In this document: in pieces, positions 20,345 to 29,416 of the stretch
How positions within the stretch are numbered: the stretch's first letter is position 1
Layout: each line of letters opens with the position of its first letter
DNA from: Thermoplasmatota archaeon
GTDB lineage: Archaea; Thermoplasmatota; E2; DHVEG-1
Reading direction: 5' to 3'
Assembly: GCA_029939595.1 (NCBI GenBank)
Contig: JAOZSQ010000002.1
Coordinates: 2,761-66,760 of the forward strand
DNA: 64,000 nucleotides
Program-made: the position numbers and the translations under genes
Notes under the pieces: generated by a model
What the model was told of the DNA's origin: nothing
The model's database searches: none
The model's input: only the letters and a program-made list of their open reading frames with translations

Positions 20345-20910
20345 TATTAATTTCTCCTCTTTTTGGTTTTTTTTATATTTTTTTGAAGAAAAAAATAGTT
20401 AACCCCCTCGTTTAAGTCATATATATCTACAAAAATCCCCCTCAATTAATTGTACTTTACTAAGATCCAATTAATTCGAATATGAAATGATTTTTCATAA
20501 ATTATATGAAATTAGTTTGGGAACACTTTTCCCTTCTAATATTAATAATATAATTAAAATCACATATATAAAGTAATGGCTAAATCTACTTTACCTAATA
20601 TTAACCAATAATATACCAATACAATAAAAAAGTCCAAATTAAATAATAAATCAAAAAATTTCCATTATTTCAAATGATTTCACGACCCTAACTAATTGAG
20701 ATGTATTTTTTCTTTATCATATCAATACAAAAAAAGAGATTTAAAATAAAAAGAATTGAAAAATATCATACGATTTTAATCTGATTTAAACGTTGTTTTA
20801 CTTTAAATTTTTTCTAACATCAATGATAAAGACTTCATCTATTCATAAACACTCATTGATGGATAAAAGTAAGATTGGTCTAAATTAAGAGTATATAGTC
20901 TCAGAAAATG

Positions 20911-20948
20911 TTCGGTAAAAACCAAATAAAAAACAGAATCTTATAAAT
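20911..20948 (+). promoter_or_regulatory. Imperfect palindrome TTCGGT-AAAA-ACCAAA upstream of TATA box (CTTATAAAT)
   Basis: Palindrome at 20911-20926, TATA at about 20940-20948, upstream of a membrane-anchored wHTH gene. Confidence 0.4.
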
Positions 20949-20977
20949 GGTTGATGATAATATAAAGAGTGAGGTCT

Positions 20978-21529
20978 ATGGCAAAGGTAACCCTTGATAG
21001 GGATGCATTCAAAGCATTAGCATCAGATACACGCTTGATGATTCTTCGTTCTCTTGATGGAAAAAAGATGACTGTTACAGAGTTAAGTAATGTTACAAAG
21101 ATGAATAAAGCAACTATGCATGAACATCTAAGTAAACTTCATGCAGTAGGATTAATAAAACGCAATGAACGAGAGGGCCATAAATGGGTATATTATAAGC
21201 TTTCTTGGAAAGGGGCTTCTCTTTTACATCCTGAAAATAATCGTATTGTAGTAATGTTTTCAACAACGTTTCTTGTATTAATCGCAGGGATTGGAGGAAT
21301 TATCAACTATGTTTCAAGACTTAAACCTGTTGTTTTTGAGCTTGGATCAATAGAAGAAACAAAAAATTATGATATGAATGATGCAGTAATGTTGGGTGGA
21401 GAACGATCCAGTGAAATCGTAGCAAATCCTTTCTTTCTATATATTGCGTTTGCATGCATCATTTGTTTTTTGGTCTTACTTGTTATTTCATATAAAAGAT
21501 ATAAATTCAATAAAAAACCAAAATTATAG
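20978..21529 (+). CDS. Membrane-anchored ArsR-like winged-helix transcription regulator
   Basis: FKALASDTRLMIL..L...MTVTELS......TMHEHL.KL...GLI..WVYY wHTH plus two hydrophobic C-terminal helices; GAGGT SD. Confidence 0.88.
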   Translation: MAKVTLDRDAFKALASDTRLMILRSLDGKKMTVTELSNVTKMNKATMHEHLSKLHAVGLIKRNEREGHKWVYYKLSWKGASLLHPENNRIVVMFSTTFLVLIAGIGGIINYVSRLKPVVFELGSIEETKNYDMNDAVMLGGERSSEIVANPFFLYIAFACIICFLVLLVISYKRYKFNKKPKL

Positions 21530-21575
21530 GGTCCTAATGATCTTATTTGTTTTATTGTAAAGTTCCTAAATACAA

Positions 21576-21731
21576 TCATTTATCAATAATTTTCTTTTGT
21601 TGAGCACTCCATTCTTTATTTGGAGTTTTTTTTAACCATTCAACATACATATCAATAAAATGTAACCTTTCAATAAAATTCTGTTTTTTTTGTTTTTCAA
21701 GTTCTTCAAGATCTATATTTGGAGTACTCAT
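21576..21731 (-). CDS. Small helical protein (51 aa), translationally coupled to the upstream gene
   Basis: Not in the ORF track. MSTPNIDLEELEKQKKQNFIERLHFIDMYVEWLKKTPNKEWSAQQKKIIDK; ATGA overlap with the stop at 21728-21730. Confidence 0.75.
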   Translation of the reverse strand: MSTPNIDLEELEKQKKQNFIERLHFIDMYVEWLKKTPNKEWSAQQKKIIDK

Positions 21732-22327
21732 TTCAAGTAAGTATTAAACAATTCCTCTGTATTAAGTTTTCTTATAAATTCTTCGAATAAAGAATGATTA
21801 ATATATTTTTGAAATATTTTATATAAATGAAGTGCATCTTCGATATCCTTTTCACTTCCGAGAAACAATTTAAATGGAATTTGTAATTCAAGAGGGGAGT
21901 TATATAAAATATACTGATTTAAAACGATTTTTTTTCTTTTTACCAATGTCCACTCGTCAAGTGATGTTTTTGGATATTTAAATTCAACATTAGGTATAAA
22001 TGAGCTTTTTCTTGCAAATCGTAAAGCACTTTCCTCCATTAAATAATTATGATAAGCTTCATTTGGATCATTTGAATTGATACATTCATAATCTTTTTCA
22101 ATATAGTTCCAGAATGATTTAAAATTTTGAAAACTCTGTTTTTCAACGATTATATCAATGTCTTCTGATGTTCTATTTCTACCAAAAAGAATTGAGATAT
22201 AACCACTAACGATAACATATTTTGAGAATTTTTCCAATTTTTCTGTAAAATCAATTGTAAATTGATCAAGTTTAGATAATACCTTATCTTGAATTGAGAT
22301 ACAATTTTCAGAATAATTAAAATCCAT
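21728..22327 (-). CDS. Putative nucleotidyltransferase-fold protein (MNT/DUF6036-like)
   Basis: YVIVSG..ILFG..R.SEDIDI (DxD) and K...GSEKDIEDA motifs. Confidence 0.7.
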   Translation of the reverse strand: MDFNYSENCISIQDKVLSKLDQFTIDFTEKLEKFSKYVIVSGYISILFGRNRTSEDIDIIVEKQSFQNFKSFWNYIEKDYECINSNDPNEAYHNYLMEESALRFARKSSFIPNVEFKYPKTSLDEWTLVKRKKIVLNQYILYNSPLELQIPFKLFLGSEKDIEDALHLYKIFQKYINHSLFEEFIRKLNTEELFNTYLK

Positions 22328-22387
22328 TAATTACCAATGAAACATATATTAAAACGCTTTTAAATATCTTTTGAAGATAATCAAAGA

Positions 22388-25300
22388 TTATTGTTTCTTA
22401 TGATTTGGATCTCCTTTTGAGATGATATATCCTTTATGTTTTTTTCTCCATTTTCCCCAAAATAAAAGGACTGGCGGGAGGATAAAAATTGAGGTGAGAA
22501 ACGCAAATACAATCGTTAATGCGGTAATAATACCAAATTGTTGTTGCACCGGCATTGGTGTAAAGACCAACATTCCAAAACCAAACATTGTCGTTACAGC
22601 AGATATTAGCAATGCTCCACCAGTGTGACCTATGGTTTCTGAGACTGCACCAATAACATCACCCGTATTATTTGCATATAATCTAAATCTTTCCACGGTA
22701 TGGATTGCATATGTGATTCCTAGGCCAATTGTAAGGCTAGTTATCATTATAGTCATCACATTAAGGTTGTATCCAATGAAGTACATTGCTCCAACAATCC
22801 AAAGTGTTGAGATTAACACAGGTATCATTGTGATTAAACCAAGAACGGGGTTTCGATATGCAATTATAAGTACGATTCCTGCAAGTACAAGACATACGAT
22901 TGTAGAGATTAGTTGACTTTCAGTCATTGACTTCATAATTACATGCATCATAGAATTCTCACCGGTAACCGTTACGGTCGACTCATCAAATAGCCCTTCA
23001 ACATCTTCATTGAGTCCATTATAAAGAACCTCCATGGCATTACTAACATCATCCCCATTATCACCATTAATATTAGTATACACATGCACAACCATAGCAT
23101 CATATCTACCTGCATTGGATTGATGTAGATACGATTGCATTTCATAACCATAGTTTTCATGATCATATAGGTAATCAAAGAATTCTTCAACCATGGAATC
23201 TGAGGATGGTACCCCATTATTGTTTAAGGAAAACCTGGAAACAAGAGATGTGTTAGCCTCCATTGCGTTTTGCATTACCGATAGAACGGAACCTGTTTTT
23301 GGAACACCATCACGAGAGAACATGACAAAACCATCATCTTTGCAGTTTTGAATTGCTTTATGGATATCTTCAAGATTTGATACATGAGCAATGTCTTCTT
23401 GTTCAATTAGGATATATTCTTTTTCCTGAGATGCAAAAGGAAATTCATTAAGAATTGTTGTCATCACAGTAACTGATGGGTTTTCTTCAGGTAGGAAATC
23501 CCCCATAGAGAATCCTGTTTCAATCTGCATTGCACCATATCCCATAATTCCAGTTATCAAAATTGTGAGAATAAGAATGTGAACTGGATGATTACAGACA
23601 ACACGTGCAATTTTTCGCATGATCTTACCATGTTCTTGAGTCTTTGGTTTAATTTTTTTTATCTGATTCTTTTTATCTGTTTTTCTATCCAAAATAAATC
23701 GCATTGCTGCCTGGAATGTAAGAGTAATTGCAAATACAAATGCAATTCCAACAGCACACAACACACCAAAATCTCTAAGAGGAATCATTGTTGCAGTAAG
23801 AAACGATAAAAACGCAATAAACGTGGTAATGGTTGCAAGAAGCATAGCAACACCAATATCCTGAATGGACCGCTCCATAGCATGTTTAGAGGTTTTTCCT
23901 TTTCCTTTTTCGACACGGTAATTATGATAAAGATGAACTGAGTAATCTACCCCCAATCCCATTATCATTGGAATAAGGGCAACCTCCATCACCATGAATG
24001 GCATCTGTAAAAGCACCATCGTTCCAAACATCCAGATAATTGCAAAGGTTAAACCTGCAAGAGGTAGGATGACATAAGATATCTTCCGAAAGCTTATCAG
24101 CAAAATAATACTGATCACAACAAAAATCATTGGCATAATTAAACTATTTGCCTCCATTGATGCCTCATTAATCTCAGTTTCAACAATGCTATTTCCTGTT
24201 GCCTGAAAATGAATCAGATCATCTTCTTCATTTTTTTCTTCTAAAACCTCAACAACATCTTTGCTAATCGATTCAATATCCAAAGGATCTGTGGAGCTGT
24301 TTATGTTCACCATTAGAAGAACTGATGATGCGCCAGTTTCAAATTGATAATCGCTAGAAATAAAATTAATAGACGCGTCTTTTAAACCATTAAGAAATGA
24401 GGGTTTCAAAAAAACTGTACCAGTCATAAATCCAGTGTCAGGTGCTCGATCTGTTTCTACATACAGTTGATCCATTTGAGTTAATGATAATACATCCATC
24501 TCACTCATCTGATTATTCATCATCTCAAACATGCCATTGATATCATCCCATCCAATTCCAGCACGTTTTGAAAGAATGTTTTCACCAAGATTCCCTAGTA
24601 TTGGTCTTTTTTGAATGAATTGGATCATATTCTCTGTTGCATTCATACTTATAGTATTTCGTTTCCAAGGCATATTGAAAATTGGAAATTGATAGGTACG
24701 CACACCACAGTATAGGTTTCCCATTCTGGTTGGCATACCAAAACTACTAGTTTCAAAGCCAAAGCCATTTTCACCTAGCTCTTTACGAGAAACACTAATT
24801 GAAATTGCCGTGTTATCTGTGTCCCAGTTTATATTTCCAGATTTCAGAGGAATTGGAAATGCTGTTTCAGTTCCTGGTGGTGTTATCCATAGATATGGTT
24901 TGAACGTGTAACTATTGCGTAGATCTCTGCTTTTAATCAATTGAAAAATATGATTGATATTAGGGAAAAGACCATTTCTGATTTCCCAAAGTTCTTCTTT
25001 TGGTTCAAGCCTTGCGGATAAACGATACTGCATTTCCTGAAGCTTAGGTGGACCAATAATGTTTTGAAAGGATACAAACCATTCAATCACATTTGTTTTT
25101 AGTCCTCTGCTTAAAAGCATTGATTCAATATCTGAAATGTCATACAAAAGAATTGAAAAAGTTATATGGGTTTCATTTTGTTGTACCTCAAGGTTTTTCA
25201 CATCAATTGTATCAATGGATGATTTCTTTGAAAAACGCTGGAACCGTTGAAAGTCAACATCCTCATTAGAATCATCAACATCATTAATATGTATTTTTTC

Positions 25301-25732
25301 ATAAGAGGGATTGGCCATTAGATCGTGATATATGGAAAAAATTTCTTCATCGCTACATTCATTGAGACTTTTATTGTATTCAAGGTCACATACAAGATCA
25401 ACAAATCCTGCAATACTCATTACATCATCTACGCCATCTATGTGGGTAATCTCTTCTGAGACTTGAAATAATGATTTTAATCCATCCAACGAAAGAACTG
25501 AATTTTTCTCTTCACTCTCAGCAAGAACCATAATTACTTCATTGCTTGCACCAAAATAATCTTGAATTCGTTCATCTGCTAATACTACTTCATCATCTGG
25601 TAGAAAGTCATCCATAGATGTGTTCATTTCAAGTGTGGGTAATAAAATAGAAAAACCAGCAGTGATAAGAATTACAATAAGGACCACTATCAATGGTTTT
25701 GATGTAACTATTTTTCCAAGAGAATCTAGCAT
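22388..25732 (-). CDS. RND superfamily (MMPL/HAE3) exporter
   Basis: Two 1+5 TM repeats, GLGVDYSVH and GLGITYAIH, large extracytoplasmic loops. Confidence 0.92.
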   Translation of the reverse strand: MLDSLGKIVTSKPLIVVLIVILITAGFSILLPTLEMNTSMDDFLPDDEVVLADERIQDYFGASNEVIMVLAESEEKNSVLSLDGLKSLFQVSEEITHIDGVDDVMSIAGFVDLVCDLEYNKSLNECSDEEIFSIYHDLMANPSYEKIHINDVDDSNEDVDFQRFQRFSKKSSIDTIDVKNLEVQQNETHITFSILLYDISDIESMLLSRGLKTNVIEWFVSFQNIIGPPKLQEMQYRLSARLEPKEELWEIRNGLFPNINHIFQLIKSRDLRNSYTFKPYLWITPPGTETAFPIPLKSGNINWDTDNTAISISVSRKELGENGFGFETSSFGMPTRMGNLYCGVRTYQFPIFNMPWKRNTISMNATENMIQFIQKRPILGNLGENILSKRAGIGWDDINGMFEMMNNQMSEMDVLSLTQMDQLYVETDRAPDTGFMTGTVFLKPSFLNGLKDASINFISSDYQFETGASSVLLMVNINSSTDPLDIESISKDVVEVLEEKNEEDDLIHFQATGNSIVETEINEASMEANSLIMPMIFVVISIILLISFRKISYVILPLAGLTFAIIWMFGTMVLLQMPFMVMEVALIPMIMGLGVDYSVHLYHNYRVEKGKGKTSKHAMERSIQDIGVAMLLATITTFIAFLSFLTATMIPLRDFGVLCAVGIAFVFAITLTFQAAMRFILDRKTDKKNQIKKIKPKTQEHGKIMRKIARVVCNHPVHILILTILITGIMGYGAMQIETGFSMGDFLPEENPSVTVMTTILNEFPFASQEKEYILIEQEDIAHVSNLEDIHKAIQNCKDDGFVMFSRDGVPKTGSVLSVMQNAMEANTSLVSRFSLNNNGVPSSDSMVEEFFDYLYDHENYGYEMQSYLHQSNAGRYDAMVVHVYTNINGDNGDDVSNAMEVLYNGLNEDVEGLFDESTVTVTGENSMMHVIMKSMTESQLISTIVCLVLAGIVLIIAYRNPVLGLITMIPVLISTLWIVGAMYFIGYNLNVMTIMITSLTIGLGITYAIHTVERFRLYANNTGDVIGAVSETIGHTGGALLISAVTTMFGFGMLVFTPMPVQQQFGIITALTIVFAFLTSIFILPPVLLFWGKWRKKHKGYIISKGDPNHKKQ

Positions 25733-26226
25733 TATTAATCACCATAATAAAAAAAAAAATCTTTTTTTCTTCGTTGCCCGTCCTACATATCAATTATTTG
25801 TGAGTATATTTTTATTTTATTGAGATTCTTGATTTTTGAATTGCATTATATTTTTGTAAATGTTGATCGGAAATTTCATTGAAACATCCATTGAATCAAT
25901 ATTTTTTTTAACCCCTATTAATAATATTATATTTAAATTATATATAAAAATTTCTCTTTTATTAATAATTTTTTATTAGTAAAATAAAATATTTTTTTAA
26001 AATATCCAGAAAATGTGGGTTGGATTATAAGTGAATAATGATTCATTGAAATATATTTCATGTATTATGATTGATATTGGTCATTATATAATATGAAAAT
26101 GGCCAGATGTGACCAGTTAAAATAAAAAATGAATGCAAAAAGAAGGATGATGTGAAGAAAAATAGTTGTCAAAAATTGAATAAGTAAAATTTTATATGAT
26201 CCACATCTTAATGTTTGTTATACAAT

Positions 26227-26478
26227 CTAATTTAATGATCCCATGATTTCTTGCTCTATGATTTGTGTAGAAGTACGAATTACTGAGGGGTGACATTGTA
26301 TTTTATTTGTCAAATCATATAATTTGTCAAGTGAAGTTGTATTTACATAAATAATTAGATCATGTTTTCCCGATACGACAGAAATTGATTTTAAATTATC
26401 AATACTTTTGATTTGTTCCATAGTTTCATGAATTTTTCCATTTTGTTTTACAGTTGTCAATACATATGCTGAGATCAT
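26227..26478 (-). CDS. Stand-alone Lrp/AsnC ligand-binding (RAM) domain protein
   Basis: AYVL...VVSGKHDLII...KI....VIRTST; no HTH. Confidence 0.85.
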   Translation of the reverse strand: MISAYVLTTVKQNGKIHETMEQIKSIDNLKSISVVSGKHDLIIYVNTTSLDKLYDLTNKIQCHPSVIRTSTQIIEQEIMGSLN

Positions 26479-26652
26479 TCAATAAATCCATCCTTTTTTT
26501 CTCCCGTACTAAAAATTAGATATAAAAATCTTTTCTATGTAAAAATTGTATTTGAATAAATTATTAAAAAATAAAGATTTTGAATATAATAAAAAATATA
26601 AACCTTATTGTTATAATATGATATATTGGATGGTATAAAGGAAACAGAGGGT

Positions 26653-27681
26653 ATGTACAAAATTATTAGTTTTATTTTAATTTCTTTTCTAATATTTACA
26701 CAATCTTTTTCAGGATGTATTGATCTGGATGACACATTAAATTTTTTTGATAAAGAATTGAGACGAGCAGAACCCTATTTAAAAGAAATTGTTTTTGATG
26801 ATCCAACACTTCAAACTTATGCACTTTCGGTGTGTAATGATTATGGCAGTTCAGATAAAGAATCTATTATTACTGCTCTGTATCGCCATATTGTAGAAGA
26901 TTTTTCATATATCTCAGATCCTGAAAACGAGGAACTTATCAGATCGCCAAAACAAACCATTCAATTGAAAGGAGGTGACTGTGAAGACTTATCAATTCTA
27001 CTAATGTCCCTTTTGGAAAACATGGGTATTAAAACATATCTTGTTTTAACAGAGGAACATGCTTATGCTCTTGCTTACGATGTCAATATCAGTAATCTTT
27101 GGCAATATGTAGAACAAGAGCTTGTCCAACAAGTTGAACAGGATTCAGGAGAAACAATATGGCAACATTATCATCAAACATTTACTTTACAAAAACATAG
27201 AAATTGGTATTATGGTGGAAATGGAGAGTTATTGGCTGAAAGTGAAAGTTTTGACTATTTAGAAATTATTTATAATGTTTCATCAAAACAACCAATTGAT
27301 ATGTATATTGTTCCAACTAAAGATGATTTTGATGATTTCACAAAGGATAATGATTTCACAAATTTCCCACATCATCAATATATAAAAGAAACACAGATGA
27401 ATGGTAATTGCAGCAATATGAAAAACTATGGGGGAATCATTCTGAGTAATCCACGATGGCTTGACGCACAAGTAACCGTTAATCTTACTTTTTATTCTCA
27501 TCCATCTTTTTATAAACTTTTTGAAAACAAGACAATACGAACCTATTTTGTTAAAGAAAAACACTGTGTGGTTCTTGAACCTACGGCGGGAGAGTATGGA
27601 TACCCAGGATATGATGCAAATGTTACTGGAACAAAAACTGCAATAGATCCTGTTACAAAAGATTACTTCTATTTAGATTAA
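26653..27681 (+). CDS. Transglutaminase-like cysteine protease lipoprotein
   Basis: Lipobox FSGC; YISDP..P.QT...GGDCEDLS, HAY, distal LEPT. Confidence 0.85.
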   Translation: MYKIISFILISFLIFTQSFSGCIDLDDTLNFFDKELRRAEPYLKEIVFDDPTLQTYALSVCNDYGSSDKESIITALYRHIVEDFSYISDPENEELIRSPKQTIQLKGGDCEDLSILLMSLLENMGIKTYLVLTEEHAYALAYDVNISNLWQYVEQELVQQVEQDSGETIWQHYHQTFTLQKHRNWYYGGNGELLAESESFDYLEIIYNVSSKQPIDMYIVPTKDDFDDFTKDNDFTNFPHHQYIKETQMNGNCSNMKNYGGIILSNPRWLDAQVTVNLTFYSHPSFYKLFENKTIRTYFVKEKHCVVLEPTAGEYGYPGYDANVTGTKTAIDPVTKDYFYLD

Positions 27682-27742
27682 TTATAAATTATCGTACTAT
27701 TATAACATTATTGATATAAAAAAATAAGAAGTTGAGATGTAT

Positions 27743-28351
27743 TTACATCTCAACAATTTTCACATGTGCAATAGCCCATCCAGCGTTATGAGGGACCATC
27801 CATTGCATTTTTAATAATTGATTTTCCCTATCAATTTTATAAAGACCTGTTAATTTTGTTTCAGATCCATCTTCTTTTATTATCTTTCCATTAAAATATC
27901 CTTTTTTCATTATACCAACAAGTTGTTGTTTTTCATCATCACCTGTTTTATTGAAGAGTCCTTTGAAAACGCCAACTCGTATACCATTTTGGGTTGTTCT
28001 GAGTGTGATTCTTCCACCCCAATATCCATTAAATTCTCTATCGGTCCCATTACCCCATTTACCTCGGATCCTTAGATATTTTTTCAAACATTTATCCGAA
28101 TCAGTAAACTCTGGAAGATCTGTTGTTTCATCTTCAGATATATATTCTTCATCATCAACAGACGAAATCTCTTCATCATATGCCTCTAAAAGTTCAGCAT
28201 CAATGTCTGCAAAAGGTGAAACATCAACATACTCGAGGTATTCTCCATTTTCCACGGTTTGGTTATTCAATACGTCTTCTGCAAGTACCAGCGTTGGGAT
28301 GAGTGCAGCAATAACTACAACCACCATTCCTATTGTGTAGATTTTTTTCAT
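27743..28351 (-). CDS. Secreted hypothetical protein (acidic N-terminal half, Gly/aromatic beta-rich C-terminal half)
   Basis: Signal peptide, SD, own TATA at about 28383-28394. Confidence 0.75.
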   Translation of the reverse strand: MKKIYTIGMVVVVIAALIPTLVLAEDVLNNQTVENGEYLEYVDVSPFADIDAELLEAYDEEISSVDDEEYISEDETTDLPEFTDSDKCLKKYLRIRGKWGNGTDREFNGYWGGRITLRTTQNGIRVGVFKGLFNKTGDDEKQQLVGIMKKGYFNGKIIKEDGSETKLTGLYKIDRENQLLKMQWMVPHNAGWAIAHVKIVEM

Positions 28352-28400
28352 GTTCTATCACTTCATCCCTCCTTTTTGTCATTTTTTTTATATATGCATT

Positions 28401-28445
28401 TACCAAAATTTATACCAAAAGAGGCCAAAATGATACCCAAATTCA
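28401..28445. repeat. Helically phased direct repeats CC(A/C)AAA, candidate operator
   Basis: CCAAAA at 28403, 28415, 28425 and CCCAAA at 28436, directly upstream of the TATA of the 27743-28351 gene. Confidence 0.5.
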
Positions 28446-28458
28446 ACCTAAATCATGC

Positions 28459-28950
28459 TTATTCGTTACTTAGATGAAAGAGGATAACAAGGGCAATGGT
28501 TTCAAAAAAATTAGCAATGATGGAAAATATTGCTGATTGATATGTTAATAAAATATTATATATTCCTAGCCTGGGCCCAATGGACATAATTGAGATTAAT
28601 ATATTAAGAATTGGAAGACTTAAAAGTGATTGAATAAAAAGGACAAGGAGAAACACGATTAAACCCAGAAGAAATGGGGACTGTGTGTTTTTGAAATCCT
28701 TTTTATAACTCCATAGCAATCCAGCAATAAGACTTAGATTAATACTAATAAAAATTGTTTCAAAAATAAAATTTGTTGAAAAACCATGCCAAATGTCCTG
28801 ATACTGATCAATACCTCCAATGCGCCTATGGAGGATACTCAGGCTACCAAATGAGAGGATGAGGCCAACAATAACTCCAATGACAAGAAAAACAAAGAGC
28901 ATCATGATTGTTTTTGTTTTAGGATCATATTTTTCCATTATTTTACCCAT
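28459..28950 (-). CDS. Membrane protein (about 4 TM) associated with a wHTH regulator
   Basis: Hydrophobic helices; SPFLLGL..F...LFIQ and FETIAL motifs. Confidence 0.8.
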   Translation of the reverse strand: MGKIMEKYDPKTKTIMMLFVFLVIGVIVGLILSFGSLSILHRRIGGIDQYQDIWHGFSTNFIFETIFISINLSLIAGLLWSYKKDFKNTQSPFLLGLIVFLLVLFIQSLLSLPILNILISIMSIGPRLGIYNILLTYQSAIFSIIANFFETIALVILFHLSNE

Positions 28951-28973
28951 TGTATATTACTCTCCTATTTCTA

Positions 28974-29279
28974 CTACTTCTTTTTTTTCCCAATTTTTCC
29001 CCAAATCTCATGAAAAAATTCCTCATTTTTTTCTAATAAATCAGATGGAAAATACATTATGCCATACCCTGAACCAGTGTGGGTGATAAGATTATTTTTT
29101 TCCAGAACTTGAATATGATGTCGAACTGTTTTATAATCAAGATTAACTTTTTTTGAAAGTTCATTGGCATTATATGGCTGTGCCCATAGGACTTCAAGAA
29201 TTCTCCCACGGTTAAACCCACCAGAAGAACCACTGAGTAACCACCAGAGAAGTCGTTTTACACCGTGCATGCCATACAA
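28974..29279 (-). CDS. ArsR-like winged-helix transcription regulator
   Basis: LLWWLL.GS.GG.NR.RIL....P.NANELS....LDYKTVRHH..VL..N.LI...G..YG.MYF. Confidence 0.9.
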   Translation of the reverse strand: MYGMHGVKRLLWWLLSGSSGGFNRGRILEVLWAQPYNANELSKKVNLDYKTVRHHIQVLEKNNLITHTGSGYGIMYFPSDLLEKNEEFFHEIWGKIGKKKK

Positions 29280-29416
29280 CCTTTAAATATAGAAAATAGC
29301 AATATGTTATAAATCATTTGTTTTTTTAAAATAACAAGTTCGGCATAAGTCGTAAAATACCATCTAAAATAATATAAATACCTTCATTTCTTAAAAAATA
29401 AGGTGATTTGGAAGAA

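Noticed and set aside
25817-25891. 24-codon ORF upstream of the RND gene
   Set aside because: Too short, the SD-like GGGG is too far from the ATG, and such ORFs are expected by chance.
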